A program made the translations under genes and the position numbers. This document shows, piece by piece, positions 1 to 9,209 of a stretch of 64,000 nucleotides of DNA (position 1 is the first letter of the stretch; each line of letters opens with the position of its first letter). Origin of the DNA: Candidatus Daviesbacteria bacterium RIFCSPLOWO2_01_FULL_39_23 (lineage in GTDB: Bacteria; Patescibacteriota; Microgenomatia; Daviesbacterales; UBA10151); assembly GCA_001776935.1 (NCBI GenBank), contig MFDN01000014.1, forward strand, positions 65,464-129,463, read 5' to 3'. The notes under the pieces were generated by a model. The model saw nothing but the letters and a program-made list of their open reading frames with translations, did no database searches and had not been told where the DNA came from.

Positions 1-293
1 TTGGTGGTAACAGGAGCGGGAGCAGAGGGGACCGCAGAAGCTACTACTGTAGGAATCGGGGAGGGGGTTGGCTTAGGGATTGGTGTAGGAATTGGAGATG
101 GGGATGGAGTCGGAACAGGGGAAGGGCTTGGTGTTTCGGAAGGAGTTGGAGTCGGAATTACAATGACGGCTGGGGATAAGCTTGTCTGAGAAATTACCGG
201 GGGCTTTTCCAGAAACAATACTGCGGAAGATATAACGGTTATAAAAAGTACAATAAAAATCGGGGCAAGTCCTTTTTGATTTGTTAATTTCAT
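1..293 (-). CDS. Secreted/membrane-anchored Pro/Thr/Ser-rich protein, runs off the left edge (not in ORF track)
   Basis: ATG at 293 reads MKLTNQKGLAPIFIVLFITVISS..., then a PTPTPSETPSPSPVPTPSP linker; frame open to position 1. Confidence 0.8.
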   Translation of the reverse strand, partial: MKLTNQKGLAPIFIVLFITVISSAVLFLEKPPVISQTSLSPAVIVIPTPTPSETPSPSPVPTPSPSPIPTPIPKPTPSPIPTVVASAVPSAPAPVTT

Positions 294-309
294 ACAGGCA
301 GTTTTGCGA

Positions 310-909
310 TTATAAAATGTGATTTTCAAGTATCTTAACTATTTTGTCAACTGTTTCTTTCAATTTACCCGGTATATTTTCTATTACAAAGTCATAATTA
401 TCTTGATACTGTTCCCAAAACAGCTTGTCTTCCTGCATTCTGTGATTTATCTCTGCTTGGCTTATTCCGCGCTTCTTTAGTCTTTCCAGTACAACCTCAT
501 CGCTTACCGTTAAGTAAATAACCACGATCCTTTTTAATAAATCATCAGCCCTGCTTTGATCAAAAGAGTCTTTAATAAATTCCCGAACCTTACCGGCGCG
601 GGACGGATCTATCCTCCAAATTAAATCATGTCCCAAATTATTCGCAATCTGACATTTTTGGGTGCCGTATAAGTTCCCTCCATATTCCACATGCTCAATA
701 AAATCGCCTTCAGTAATTTTTTGTTTAAATTTGTCTTCTGATAAAAAATCGTAGTCTATACCGTTTGTTTCAGAGTTTCTGGGAGGTCTTGAAGTTGTGG
801 TAAGGATTTTTTTTAAATTGGGAAATTTTTGCTGCAGCTTTGATGCAACCGTATCTTTTCCCGAAGTGGTTTTTCCCGTGAGAACAATTAGTGATTTAGC
901 AGATTTCAT
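310..909 (-). CDS. gmk: Guanylate kinase
   Basis: P-loop GKTTSGKDT, TTSRPPR, DYDF and YGGNLYGT guanylate-kinase motifs. Confidence 0.88.
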   Translation of the reverse strand: MKSAKSLIVLTGKTTSGKDTVASKLQQKFPNLKKILTTTSRPPRNSETNGIDYDFLSEDKFKQKITEGDFIEHVEYGGNLYGTQKCQIANNLGHDLIWRIDPSRAGKVREFIKDSFDQSRADDLLKRIVVIYLTVSDEVVLERLKKRGISQAEINHRMQEDKLFWEQYQDNYDFVIENIPGKLKETVDKIVKILENHIL

Positions 910-912
910 CTC

Positions 913-1320
913 CTAATTATTGTCTATCGTGGTTAATCTTTCAAGTGAGAAATCCTTATAAATAATCCTTCGGTGTTCTTTAGGCAAAGTTAAACCGTGT
1001 ATGATGCCGCCCAAAAGTATGCCTTTGGTTATCATAAAATCCAATATGCCTACCGAAAGAAAAAAAGAAAGTACTAAAATCACTGAAAAAGAAAACCAAT
1101 GATGCAGGTGAAACACCCTGCCAAACAGCTTAAAACGGATCACAGGAAAAACCTGCAATCTTTTAGTTTTTATATTCGGAAGTTTTTTTCTAATACGGGA
1201 TGTCGGGTGGGTGGTGACCCTAAAAGTTAAATACCCGAGCGCTGTCGCCGGGATAATAGATAAGTATTCCATAAATGAAAAGCCTGAATTCATTGTATTA
1301 GACCCAGCCATAAAAAGCAA
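913..1320 (-). CDS. Hypothetical membrane protein (start uncertain)
   Basis: Hydrophobic segments, HLHHW motif; 3 bp from gmk start. Confidence 0.65.
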   Translation of the reverse strand: MLFMAGSNTMNSGFSFMEYLSIIPATALGYLTFRVTTHPTSRIRKKLPNIKTKRLQVFPVIRFKLFGRVFHLHHWFSFSVILVLSFFLSVGILDFMITKGILLGGIIHGLTLPKEHRRIIYKDFSLERLTTIDNN

Positions 1321-1386
1321 ATCTGTCCACTAATTATTTAAGATTGGTATATTCACAAAACAGCCTAGAATGATATAATGGAGGCC

Positions 1387-1593
1387 ATGGATCTAACCAC
1401 TATTTTGCTTATTATTTTGGGAGTGGAATTTTTTATAATAGCAGTTTGCACCCTCATTATTACCTACCTTTTAGTGAGGACCTTAAAAACCGTTGCCAAT
1501 TTTACAAATTCCTTAGGAAAAATGAGAGCGCTCTTGACTGTTCCCGCTTTAGTATTGGCATTACTTAGTAAAATAATTAAAAAAAGGGGGTGA
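1387..1593 (+). CDS. Small membrane protein
   Basis: GGAGG SD before ATG 1387; hydrophobic N-terminus. Confidence 0.65.
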   Translation: MDLTTILLIILGVEFFIIAVCTLIITYLLVRTLKTVANFTNSLGKMRALLTVPALVLALLSKIIKKRG

Positions 1594-1598
1594 AAATT

Positions 1599-1868
1599 AT
1601 GAGCGATGAGAAAAAAGGGACAAATCCTTTGGCAACAGGTGTGGCCGGTGCCATGATTGGCGCAGCCGCAGCTGCAGCAGCAATGTTTTTATCTGATGAA
1701 AAAAACAGAAAAAAAGCAGAAAAAGCCCTGGGAGATTTACAAAAACAAGGAGATAAAGTTTTAAAAGAAATCAGCAAAAGGGCAATGGAAATAAAAGACG
1801 CTGTCAGTAGAAAAACCCAAGATAAAAAAGAAAGCAAAAAAATTACCAAAAAGTCTAAAGGGAAATAA
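1599..1868 (+). CDS. YtxH-like small protein
   Basis: Gly/Ala-rich TM segment (GAMIGAAAAAAAMFLSD) followed by Lys-rich helix; similar to 38527..38763. Confidence 0.65.
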   Translation: MSDEKKGTNPLATGVAGAMIGAAAAAAAMFLSDEKNRKKAEKALGDLQKQGDKVLKEISKRAMEIKDAVSRKTQDKKESKKITKKSKGK

Positions 1869-1933
1869 GCAACTTCAAAATTTGAAGGATTGATTTTTTT
1901 AGGTTTTCTGATAGAGTATTCTGCAACCCAAAT

Positions 1934-2176
1934 ATGAGTTTCAGAAGAAATAATCCAGAGCACGGATCAGGAGATCCCGGAAAGCAACCAAAAAAAGGGA
2001 AGATAGGCGTGAATTTTATAGTTCTTACAAACAGCAAAGGACGCAAGGATAAGGTGCGAATCGGGCGTGGTGACCCACCTGTCGGTACTTCAGATCGTGT
2101 CAGCGCGGAATCTCTTGATGCTATCCTTGAAATAATACATAATCCTTCAGGATTAAAACCAAGACACCGCCGCTAA
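1934..2176 (+). CDS. Hypothetical protein
   Basis: 80-aa ORF, no recognisable motif. Confidence 0.45.
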   Translation: MSFRRNNPEHGSGDPGKQPKKGKIGVNFIVLTNSKGRKDKVRIGRGDPPVGTSDRVSAESLDAILEIIHNPSGLKPRHRR

Positions 2177-2185
2177 GTGGAATCG

Positions 2186-2305
2186 TTCAGGAGTTTTCAA
2201 AACTGCGTCATCGCGAGATCGCCGCGGCGACCGTGGCGATCTCTTGAGATTGCTTCTCCGCCGGCTGGCGGATCGCAATGACGAATCCTTTGTCAAATCC
2301 TGAAG
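2186..2305. repeat. CGTC-type REP-like palindrome with nested TCCGCC-GGCT-GGCGGA mini-palindrome
   Basis: CGTCATCGCGA (2206) ... TCGCAATGACG (2283) terminal arms, internal GAGATCGCC/GGCGATCTC stem, outer TTCAGGA/TCCTGAA arms. Confidence 0.75.
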
Positions 2306-2521
2306 GGGTACGCCAAGTGTATTTGCTTTATTTAGGACAGTGTGGTATACTGGTTATCAGTTGATTTAGAATTTGAGCTATCAGATATTTTTTCCTCACG
2401 GATTTAACCTTCTTAAGTAGCTCCCTACTAACTTTAAAAATTAGTTTTTTTTAAATTCAATTATTTTAATTATTCTTCTTCATCCTCTTTTTTAAGATGT
2501 GATGAAGAAGAATCCATTTTT

Positions 2522-3793
2522 ATGTATAACAACAGCAGGTACAGACAGCGGACATCGATCCGCCATAACGGTTTTAGTAATGGATTTTCCAGATCTCCTC
2601 AAAGAGGCTCTTTCGCGAGGCCCGGATTTTCCGCAAACAAAAGGGGCGGAGGCCAAAGAAGAAGTCAGCTTGAAGGAGCAGACATTAATATGTTCATACG
2701 CAAAGCCGCTCAGAATGCTCCTGATGAATCCCAAACAGAATCTCACACCTTTGACAGCTTTAATCTGCACGAAAATATAAGACAAAATATTTCCGCTCTT
2801 GGCTATATAAATCCTACCCCTGTGCAGGCACAGGCAATCGGTCCTATTTTAGAAGGCCGCGATGTTATTGGCTTGGCCTCTACAGGTACAGGTAAAACCG
2901 CAGCCTTTTTAATTCCGCTTATTCAAAAAATTTATCTTAATAGGGATCAAAAAGCATTAATTATTGTCCCGACAAGAGAACTGGCTTTGCAAATTAACGA
3001 AGAATTTAAAAATTTAACCCGGAATATGAAGCTGTTTTCTGCTTTTATAATCGGCGGAACAAATATGTACAGGCAAATTCAGGATTTAAGAAGAAATCCC
3101 CACATAGTAATCGCCACACCCGGCCGCTTAAAAGACCTTATTGAAAGAAAAAATATTTATATGGAAGATTATTCAAATATTGTTTTAGACGAAGTGGATT
3201 TAATGGTGGATATAGGATTTATAAATGATATTAAATTTTTTGTTTCACGGATGCCAAAGGTGCGGCAGTCTCTTTTTTTCTCAGCCACAATTTCACCAAA
3301 AATACAGGATGTTTTACGTTATTTTGTAACAAATCCGGTAACGGTTTCTGTTAAAACGCAGGACACCTCAGAAAACGTTGAACAGGATGTTGTGAAAGTA
3401 GAAAACCCGGAGAAAAAAATAGACACTTTGCATGATTTATTGATTAAAGACGGTTTTGATAAGGTTTTAATATTTGGCAGGACAAAGCACGGGATTGAAA
3501 AACTTAATAAAGAACTCGAATTCCGGGGTTTTAAAGTTGGGTCGATTCATGGCAATAAAAGACAGAGCCAACGCATGCGGGTTTTACAAAGCTTCAAGCA
3601 AAATCAAATTCAAATCCTTCTGGCAACAGATGTGGCCTCAAGGGGTTTGGATATAGATAATGTCACCCACGTTATAAATTATGATCTTCCGCAAACTTAT
3701 GATGATTATATTCACAGAATCGGCAGGACAGGCAGAGCCGGAAAAACAGGCATTGCTTTAACATTTGTAGGAAATTCATATGTTAATAGATGA
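2522..3793 (+). CDS. DEAD/DEAH-box RNA helicase (RhlE/CshA-like)
   Basis: Q motif PTPVQ, TGTGKT, PTRELA, TPGR, DEVD, SAT, RGLD, HRIGRTGR. Confidence 0.95.
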   Translation: MYNNSRYRQRTSIRHNGFSNGFSRSPQRGSFARPGFSANKRGGGQRRSQLEGADINMFIRKAAQNAPDESQTESHTFDSFNLHENIRQNISALGYINPTPVQAQAIGPILEGRDVIGLASTGTGKTAAFLIPLIQKIYLNRDQKALIIVPTRELALQINEEFKNLTRNMKLFSAFIIGGTNMYRQIQDLRRNPHIVIATPGRLKDLIERKNIYMEDYSNIVLDEVDLMVDIGFINDIKFFVSRMPKVRQSLFFSATISPKIQDVLRYFVTNPVTVSVKTQDTSENVEQDVVKVENPEKKIDTLHDLLIKDGFDKVLIFGRTKHGIEKLNKELEFRGFKVGSIHGNKRQSQRMRVLQSFKQNQIQILLATDVASRGLDIDNVTHVINYDLPQTYDDYIHRIGRTGRAGKTGIALTFVGNSYVNR

Positions 3794-4727
3794 GGCGGAA
3801 ATTATTATAAAAGGCGGGCACGGAGGAGCAGGACGGGTTTCTTTCCGGGGTAAAAGGGGCGGGGGACCTGACGGGGGAGACGGAGGTAGGGGCGGAGATG
3901 TTTTTGTTAAAGCTACTTCTGATATATATGCTTTGCAGCAGTTTGTTTCCAAAAAAGTTTGTGAGGCCGGGAACGGAGAAATGGGAGGGCATGAGATGAG
4001 ATCAGGGGCAAATGGGAAAGACCTTATCTTAACAATGCCTGTCGGAACTTTCATTACGCCAGTAACAAACTTGTTTATAACTGATGCTAGTGGTGAAGAA
4101 GTTGAGTTAACAAAAGAAGGTCAGGAAATCCTGCTTGCAAAAGGCGGACTTGGGGGAAGAGGAAATGAATCCTTTAAATCTCCAAGTAACACGACCCCGC
4201 GGTATGCTCAAAGAGGCCTTAAGGGACAGGAAAAGAAATTATCCCTTAAACTCAAACTGATTGCAGATTTTGGTCTTATTGGGCTTCCGAATGCCGGCAA
4301 AAGCTCGCTTTTGAATGAAATTACCAATGCTAATGCAAAAATCGGCGATTATCCGTTTACCACCCTTGAACCGAACCTGGGAGTTTTAAACGGCAGGGTT
4401 TTGGCAGATATTCCCGGTTTAATAGAAGGGGCTTCAGAAGGCAAAGGCTTGGGACATAAATTCCTAAAACACATTGAAAAAGTGAAACTTTTACTTCATT
4501 GCATATCTTCCGAGTCAGATAATCCTTTAAGCGATTACAAAATCATCAGGGAAGAGCTTAAGAAATTTAACCCGGAACTTCTAAATAAAAAAGAAATTAT
4601 CCTGCTGACAAAATCAGACCTGGAAAATTCAAAGGTGAAAAATATCGGTATGCAAAAAGTTATCCCTATTTCAATTCACGACTGGAACAGTATACAAGAC
4701 CTTATCGAAATTCTTACAGAAAATTAA
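3780..4727 (+). CDS. obg: GTPase Obg/CgtA (short form)
   Basis: Gly-rich Obg fold (GGPDGGDGGRGG), GLPNAGKSS, YPFTTLEP, DIPGLIEGA. Confidence 0.95.
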   Translation: MLIDEAEIIIKGGHGGAGRVSFRGKRGGGPDGGDGGRGGDVFVKATSDIYALQQFVSKKVCEAGNGEMGGHEMRSGANGKDLILTMPVGTFITPVTNLFITDASGEEVELTKEGQEILLAKGGLGGRGNESFKSPSNTTPRYAQRGLKGQEKKLSLKLKLIADFGLIGLPNAGKSSLLNEITNANAKIGDYPFTTLEPNLGVLNGRVLADIPGLIEGASEGKGLGHKFLKHIEKVKLLLHCISSESDNPLSDYKIIREELKKFNPELLNKKEIILLTKSDLENSKVKNIGMQKVIPISIHDWNSIQDLIEILTEN

Positions 4728-4874
4728 AATCAAAACGCAGCTATAGGTAACCCGAGATATTAATGCTATAATATGATTATATTTTGATCTGGTTTTCTAA
4801 AAGATAAAGATACCGTATTTCCCACTTGTATCTTATGCTCACGCTAAACGATTTCACTGTTGAATAAAATTATT

Positions 4875-6086
4875 ATGAAAGTCCTATTTATCAGTCCAAA
4901 TTCACCATTTGAGAGTATTGGTGGAGTTGAACGCTATGTTATAAATCTCATAAATTATTTTAAGGCCAGGGGAGATATAAAAACCTTTCTTATACTTCCC
5001 ACAACCCAAAAAAGTCATACGGTTAAAGACGGAAACATGACTATTTACTATGACAGCAACCTTTGTATTCCCCGTAAAAAACGTTCGGCTTCTGACATAG
5101 CCAGTAAAGCAGAGGGATTTTCAGATTTGTTGGAAGATATTATAAAAAAGCAGGATATTGACGTAATTTGTGCAGAAAACATTCTTTTTGGCCCGCCTGC
5201 TTCTTACAGCCTTAGATTAAATATGATTGCTGCACTTTATAAGATACCGCTTATGCTGCGTCTTCATATGTATCCTGAAACCCCTCTTCAGATAGCTCTT
5301 ACCAACGAGCTTATGTGGGATCACGTAAGCTGCGTCAGTAAAAGCGTAGCCGGAGACTGCTTCCAAAAAGGAACTGATATAAACAAACTTTCAACTGATT
5401 ACTTGGGAGTGAATACTTTTGATTTCAAACCTATTAGCGATTCTAAATTTAACCTGAAAAAAGAGCTTGGGCTTGAAAGTGACGTAAAAATCGTGCTGAC
5501 TGCAGGAAGAATAATTACCGGAACTAAAAACATGCTTAGAGAAAAAGGCATGATAAACCTTATCGAAGCATTCTCCAGGATTTCTCCACGCTTTCCAAAA
5601 ATCCGTCTCCTGATTGGTGTTGCAAAAGCCTCTGCTAATTTAAAGGATGAGTTTGATAATGTTTATGAGATGCTTCTTGGCTACATCAAAATTAACAATA
5701 TTGAAGATAAAACGATTGTAAAGATGTTTGAGCTGGATCAAATGCCGAATATATATAGAGGCTCTGATGTTTTGGTTCTTCCTGCAGAAAAAAATGAAAC
5801 ACTTGGCCAAATATTCATAGAGGCAATGGCTTGCGGTACTCCGGTAATCGGCGCCAAAACCGGGGGAATGCCGGAAATCATCAGTGACGGAAATAGCGGC
5901 TATCTTGTTCAGCCTAATGATCCAATCATTCTGGCTCAAAAAATTGAAAAAATTCTTAATGATAAGAAAGAACGAAATATGTTTATAAAAAACGGACACA
6001 AAACAGTGGAGGAAAAATTTACAGCAGAAAAGCAATTTTCAGACTTTCATAAATTGCTAAAAAGCATCATGGCCGATAATGATTAA
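4875..6086 (+). CDS. Glycosyltransferase family 4 (GT-B)
   Basis: GGVERY, EKG, ETLGQIFIEAMACGTPVIG motifs. Confidence 0.9.
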   Translation: MKVLFISPNSPFESIGGVERYVINLINYFKARGDIKTFLILPTTQKSHTVKDGNMTIYYDSNLCIPRKKRSASDIASKAEGFSDLLEDIIKKQDIDVICAENILFGPPASYSLRLNMIAALYKIPLMLRLHMYPETPLQIALTNELMWDHVSCVSKSVAGDCFQKGTDINKLSTDYLGVNTFDFKPISDSKFNLKKELGLESDVKIVLTAGRIITGTKNMLREKGMINLIEAFSRISPRFPKIRLLIGVAKASANLKDEFDNVYEMLLGYIKINNIEDKTIVKMFELDQMPNIYRGSDVLVLPAEKNETLGQIFIEAMACGTPVIGAKTGGMPEIISDGNSGYLVQPNDPIILAQKIEKILNDKKERNMFIKNGHKTVEEKFTAEKQFSDFHKLLKSIMADND

Positions 6087-6094
6087 TTTGTAAT

Positions 6095-7678
6095 ATGGCT
6101 GACAATAAATGGGGTAAAAGAATTATCTATCAAATCTACCCGCGGAGTTTTAAAGACAGCAACGGAGACGGAATAGGCGACTTAAACGGAATAGCTGATA
6201 AATTGGACTACTTAAAAGACTTAGGTGTTGATGCAATATGGCTTTCTCCTGTTTACCGGTCGCCAATGCGTGACTTCGGCTATGATATCTCAGATTATTA
6301 TGACATTGATCCAATATTCGGAAGCCTTTCTGACTTTGATAATTTAATAAAAAAAACACACAGCAGGGACATGAAAGTGCTTATGGATTTTGTTCCCAAT
6401 CACACTTCTTCCGAACATCCATGGTTTATAGAGTCAAGCTCTTCTAAAAATAATCCCAAAAGAGACTGGTATATCTGGAAATCTCCCAAAAAAGAGGGGA
6501 TTGTACCCAACAATTGGCTGTCTCAATTTGGCGGACCTGCCTGGGAACTGGATAAAAAAACAGGCGAATATTATTTGCATACTTTTGATGTAAGCCAGCC
6601 TGACCTGAATTGGAGAAATCCGCAGGTCGTTGAGGAAATATTAAATGTCATGCGGTATTGGATAAAAAGGGGCGTAGATGGGTTCCGGGTAGACGTTGCA
6701 TACTACCTTTTTAAGGACCCCTTTTTTCGGGACGAACCGCATAATCCTGTATTTGCTGAACATCATACGCATTATGACAGTCTATTGCATATTTACACCA
6801 TTGCGCTGCCTGAAACTCTGAATATGCTTAAAAAGCTTAATGCCATTGTAAACGAATTTGATGATAAGTTTATGATCTGCGAGATCTATACTTTTCTTCA
6901 TGAAATAATCAATCTTTACAGGATAGTAGACCATCAAAGCTTTGCTCCTTTTAATTTTTCATTTATTTCTCTTCCGTGGAATGCAACAGTTCAAAAAGAA
7001 TTTATTGATGAATTTGATGAATTGGTAGGCCATAATTATTTCCCCACATATGTTCTTGGTAATCACGATCAGCCAAGAGTGGCTACAAAACTGGGAGAAG
7101 GTTCTGCGCGGACAGCTGCGCTGCTTCAGCTTACGCTCCGGGGGATCCCGTTTATTTATTATGGAGAAGAGCTGGGAATGAAGAATGTAGAAATTCCAGA
7201 AGAGGAAGCAAAGGATCCGATGGCCGTGAATATGAAGGGTTTCAATCTCGGACGCGATCCTGAGCGTACACCCATGCAATGGGATGGATCCAGGTTCGGC
7301 GGCTTTTCAAACACAGAACCCTGGCTTCCTTTAGAGAAGGAATTTCAGGAAAGAAATGTAGCATCCGAAGTAAAAGATAAAAAATCCTTTTTGAACTTGT
7401 ATAAGTCCGTTATCAATCTTAGGAAAACCAGGAAAAGTTTGGCAGGAGGTAGGCTTATTCCTTTAGACTTCAAAAATCCTAATGTGCTGGGATTTCTTAG
7501 GCAGGAAGCGGATGAGGAAACTTTTATACTGGCTAATTTTTCAGAAGAGGAACAAGAAGTTGAATTGCCCGAAGGTAAATGGAAAACCATACTGTCTACA
7601 AAAATGGATGTAGAAAACAGAAAAGAAAATAGTCTCCTTCGTTTGCGTCCCGCTGAAGGAATAATACTTTGCAACTAA
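6095..7678 (+). CDS. GH13 alpha-glucosidase/oligo-1,6-glucosidase
   Basis: YQIYPRSFKDSNGDGIGDL, DFVPNH, QPDLN, GFRVD, NHD, YYGEELGM. Confidence 0.93.
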   Translation: MADNKWGKRIIYQIYPRSFKDSNGDGIGDLNGIADKLDYLKDLGVDAIWLSPVYRSPMRDFGYDISDYYDIDPIFGSLSDFDNLIKKTHSRDMKVLMDFVPNHTSSEHPWFIESSSSKNNPKRDWYIWKSPKKEGIVPNNWLSQFGGPAWELDKKTGEYYLHTFDVSQPDLNWRNPQVVEEILNVMRYWIKRGVDGFRVDVAYYLFKDPFFRDEPHNPVFAEHHTHYDSLLHIYTIALPETLNMLKKLNAIVNEFDDKFMICEIYTFLHEIINLYRIVDHQSFAPFNFSFISLPWNATVQKEFIDEFDELVGHNYFPTYVLGNHDQPRVATKLGEGSARTAALLQLTLRGIPFIYYGEELGMKNVEIPEEEAKDPMAVNMKGFNLGRDPERTPMQWDGSRFGGFSNTEPWLPLEKEFQERNVASEVKDKKSFLNLYKSVINLRKTRKSLAGGRLIPLDFKNPNVLGFLRQEADEETFILANFSEEEQEVELPEGKWKTILSTKMDVENRKENSLLRLRPAEGIILCN

Positions 7679-7688
7679 GTTAAATACT

Positions 7689-8687
7689 TTAAATAGTCTG
7701 CAATTGTTTACTGGCTTGGATCAGTTCATCTAGAGTTTTAGTTTTCATAAGCTTTACCCTGCTATCCGATGATCTTTCAAAATTGTTTACGTAACATTTG
7801 ACAAATTTTTTCATAAGTTCAAAGTGCTTCCTGCCTTCATACGTTTTTTTAAAAAGCTCCAAATGTTTTACAAGTAAGCGTATTCTTTGTCCTGATGCTC
7901 TATTTTGAACATCAATATCCTCATTAAAAAGCCAAACATTTTCAAAAATTCCCTGTCCGATCATAACTCCATCAATCCCATACCTTTCACATTTCTCCCG
8001 GGCTTCTTTAAGGCTTTTTACATCCCCGTTTCCTATAACTAAGGCTTTGGATTTAAACTTATTTTTAATCTTCACAGCCTTGCTAACTTCTTCCCAATGA
8101 GCTGGAACCTTCGACATCTCAGGAACTATCCTAAGATGCAGAGTCAGGGCGGAAATTTGTGTCTGCAAAAGATGAGTAACCCAATTTTCAATATCAATCC
8201 TGTCAAAACCTATTCTTGTTTTAACGCTTACGGGCAGACCCTCGGCGCCGCTTATTGTGGCTTCTATAATTTCTTTTGCAAGCTTTGGGTTTTTAATTAA
8301 AGCTGAACCTGCTCCTTTTTTAATAACGTTCTTATCTGGGCATCCCATATTAATATCAATCCCGTCAAATCCCAGCTTTTTGATAAGTCCTGCTGCTTTG
8401 TAAAAATTTTCCGGGTTAGACCCCCAAATTTGCGCAACAATCGGTTGTTCTTTTTTTGTAAATTTTAAAGTTTCTAAAACTTTTTCATATCCTTTGGAAA
8501 ACAAGCCGTCAACCGGTATAAACTCCGTAAAAAATACATCCGGTTTTCCCCGCCCGCCGCGCAAGCCAGCTTGCTGGCGTTGCGGGCAGGCCACAGACAC
8601 TAAAATTTGCCGAAAAACTGTATCCGTAACCCCGTCCATCGGAGCCAGTATAAAAATGGGTTTTTTTAACTTTTCCCAAAAATGCAT
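7689..8687 (-). CDS. tRNA-dihydrouridine synthase (Dus family) with 14-aa in-frame insertion
   Basis: LAPMDGVTD, DINMGCP, GAGSAL, VSVKTRIG, GNGDV. Confidence 0.93.
   Translation of the reverse strand: MHFWEKLKKPIFILAPMDGVTDTVFRQILVSVACPQRQQAGLRGGRGKPDVFFTEFIPVDGLFSKGYEKVLETLKFTKKEQPIVAQIWGSNPENFYKAAGLIKKLGFDGIDINMGCPDKNVIKKGAGSALIKNPKLAKEIIEATISGAEGLPVSVKTRIGFDRIDIENWVTHLLQTQISALTLHLRIVPEMSKVPAHWEEVSKAVKIKNKFKSKALVIGNGDVKSLKEAREKCERYGIDGVMIGQGIFENVWLFNEDIDVQNRASGQRIRLLVKHLELFKKTYEGRKHFELMKKFVKCYVNNFERSSDSRVKLMKTKTLDELIQASKQLQTI
8551..8592 (-). repeat. 42-nt intragenic palindromic element (GGCCTGCCCGCAACGC family)
   Basis: Shares 16-nt 5' end and GGCG 3' end with two copies in dinB; removal restores ...VSVGKPDVF. 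Confidence 0.85.
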
Positions 8688-8725
8688 AGTTGTAAATTAT
8701 ATACCAATGGATAAAATAATAATTC

Positions 8726-9022
8726 ATGGCTGCAAAATACCAAGTCCTTTTTCAACAGATGTTAAAAGAAAACGAAACCCTTTTGTCCGGCTTTAAATTG
8801 CTTCATGATAAATACGAAACTGATCCAAATACATATCAGGATCAATATAATAAAGTAGGGGAGGCGGTTATGAAGCTTATCCAAGAATATGAAAACATGC
8901 TAACCTCAAGCACTGAAAAGTCAGGGTACGGTAAATATGCCGCTAATTTGTCTGATAAATTTCGCTCTGCTGTAAAAACAATATTTCCGAAAATAGACTT
9001 TATCGGAGTGCAGAGAGTCTGA
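8726..9022 (+). CDS. Hypothetical protein
   Basis: 98-aa ORF, divergent from dus, TAAAAT/TAAT-rich region just upstream. Confidence 0.7.
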   Translation: MAAKYQVLFQQMLKENETLLSGFKLLHDKYETDPNTYQDQYNKVGEAVMKLIQEYENMLTSSTEKSGYGKYAANLSDKFRSAVKTIFPKIDFIGVQRV

Positions 9023-9209
9023 ATTAGGAGTGGGTGGGCAGATTATAATCCTGAGCAAAGTCGAAGGACTTACTTCGTACCCAACTAAAAGAGTTCAGGC
9101 ACCCTTTTACGATTCCTGACTATTCCAAAAAGTATAAATTAGCTATTAATAAATGCTAAGCAGATTAAGACTTTAATAAATCAAAAGCTTGGTCTACAAT
9201 TAGGCTAAA

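Noticed and set aside
1-189. Gly/Val-rich plus-strand ORF
   Set aside because: Antisense shadow of the Pro/Thr-rich minus-strand gene
2352-2521. Riboswitch in the long DEAD-box helicase leader
   Set aside because: Only a short GAGCTA/TAGCTC stem; no recognisable aptamer
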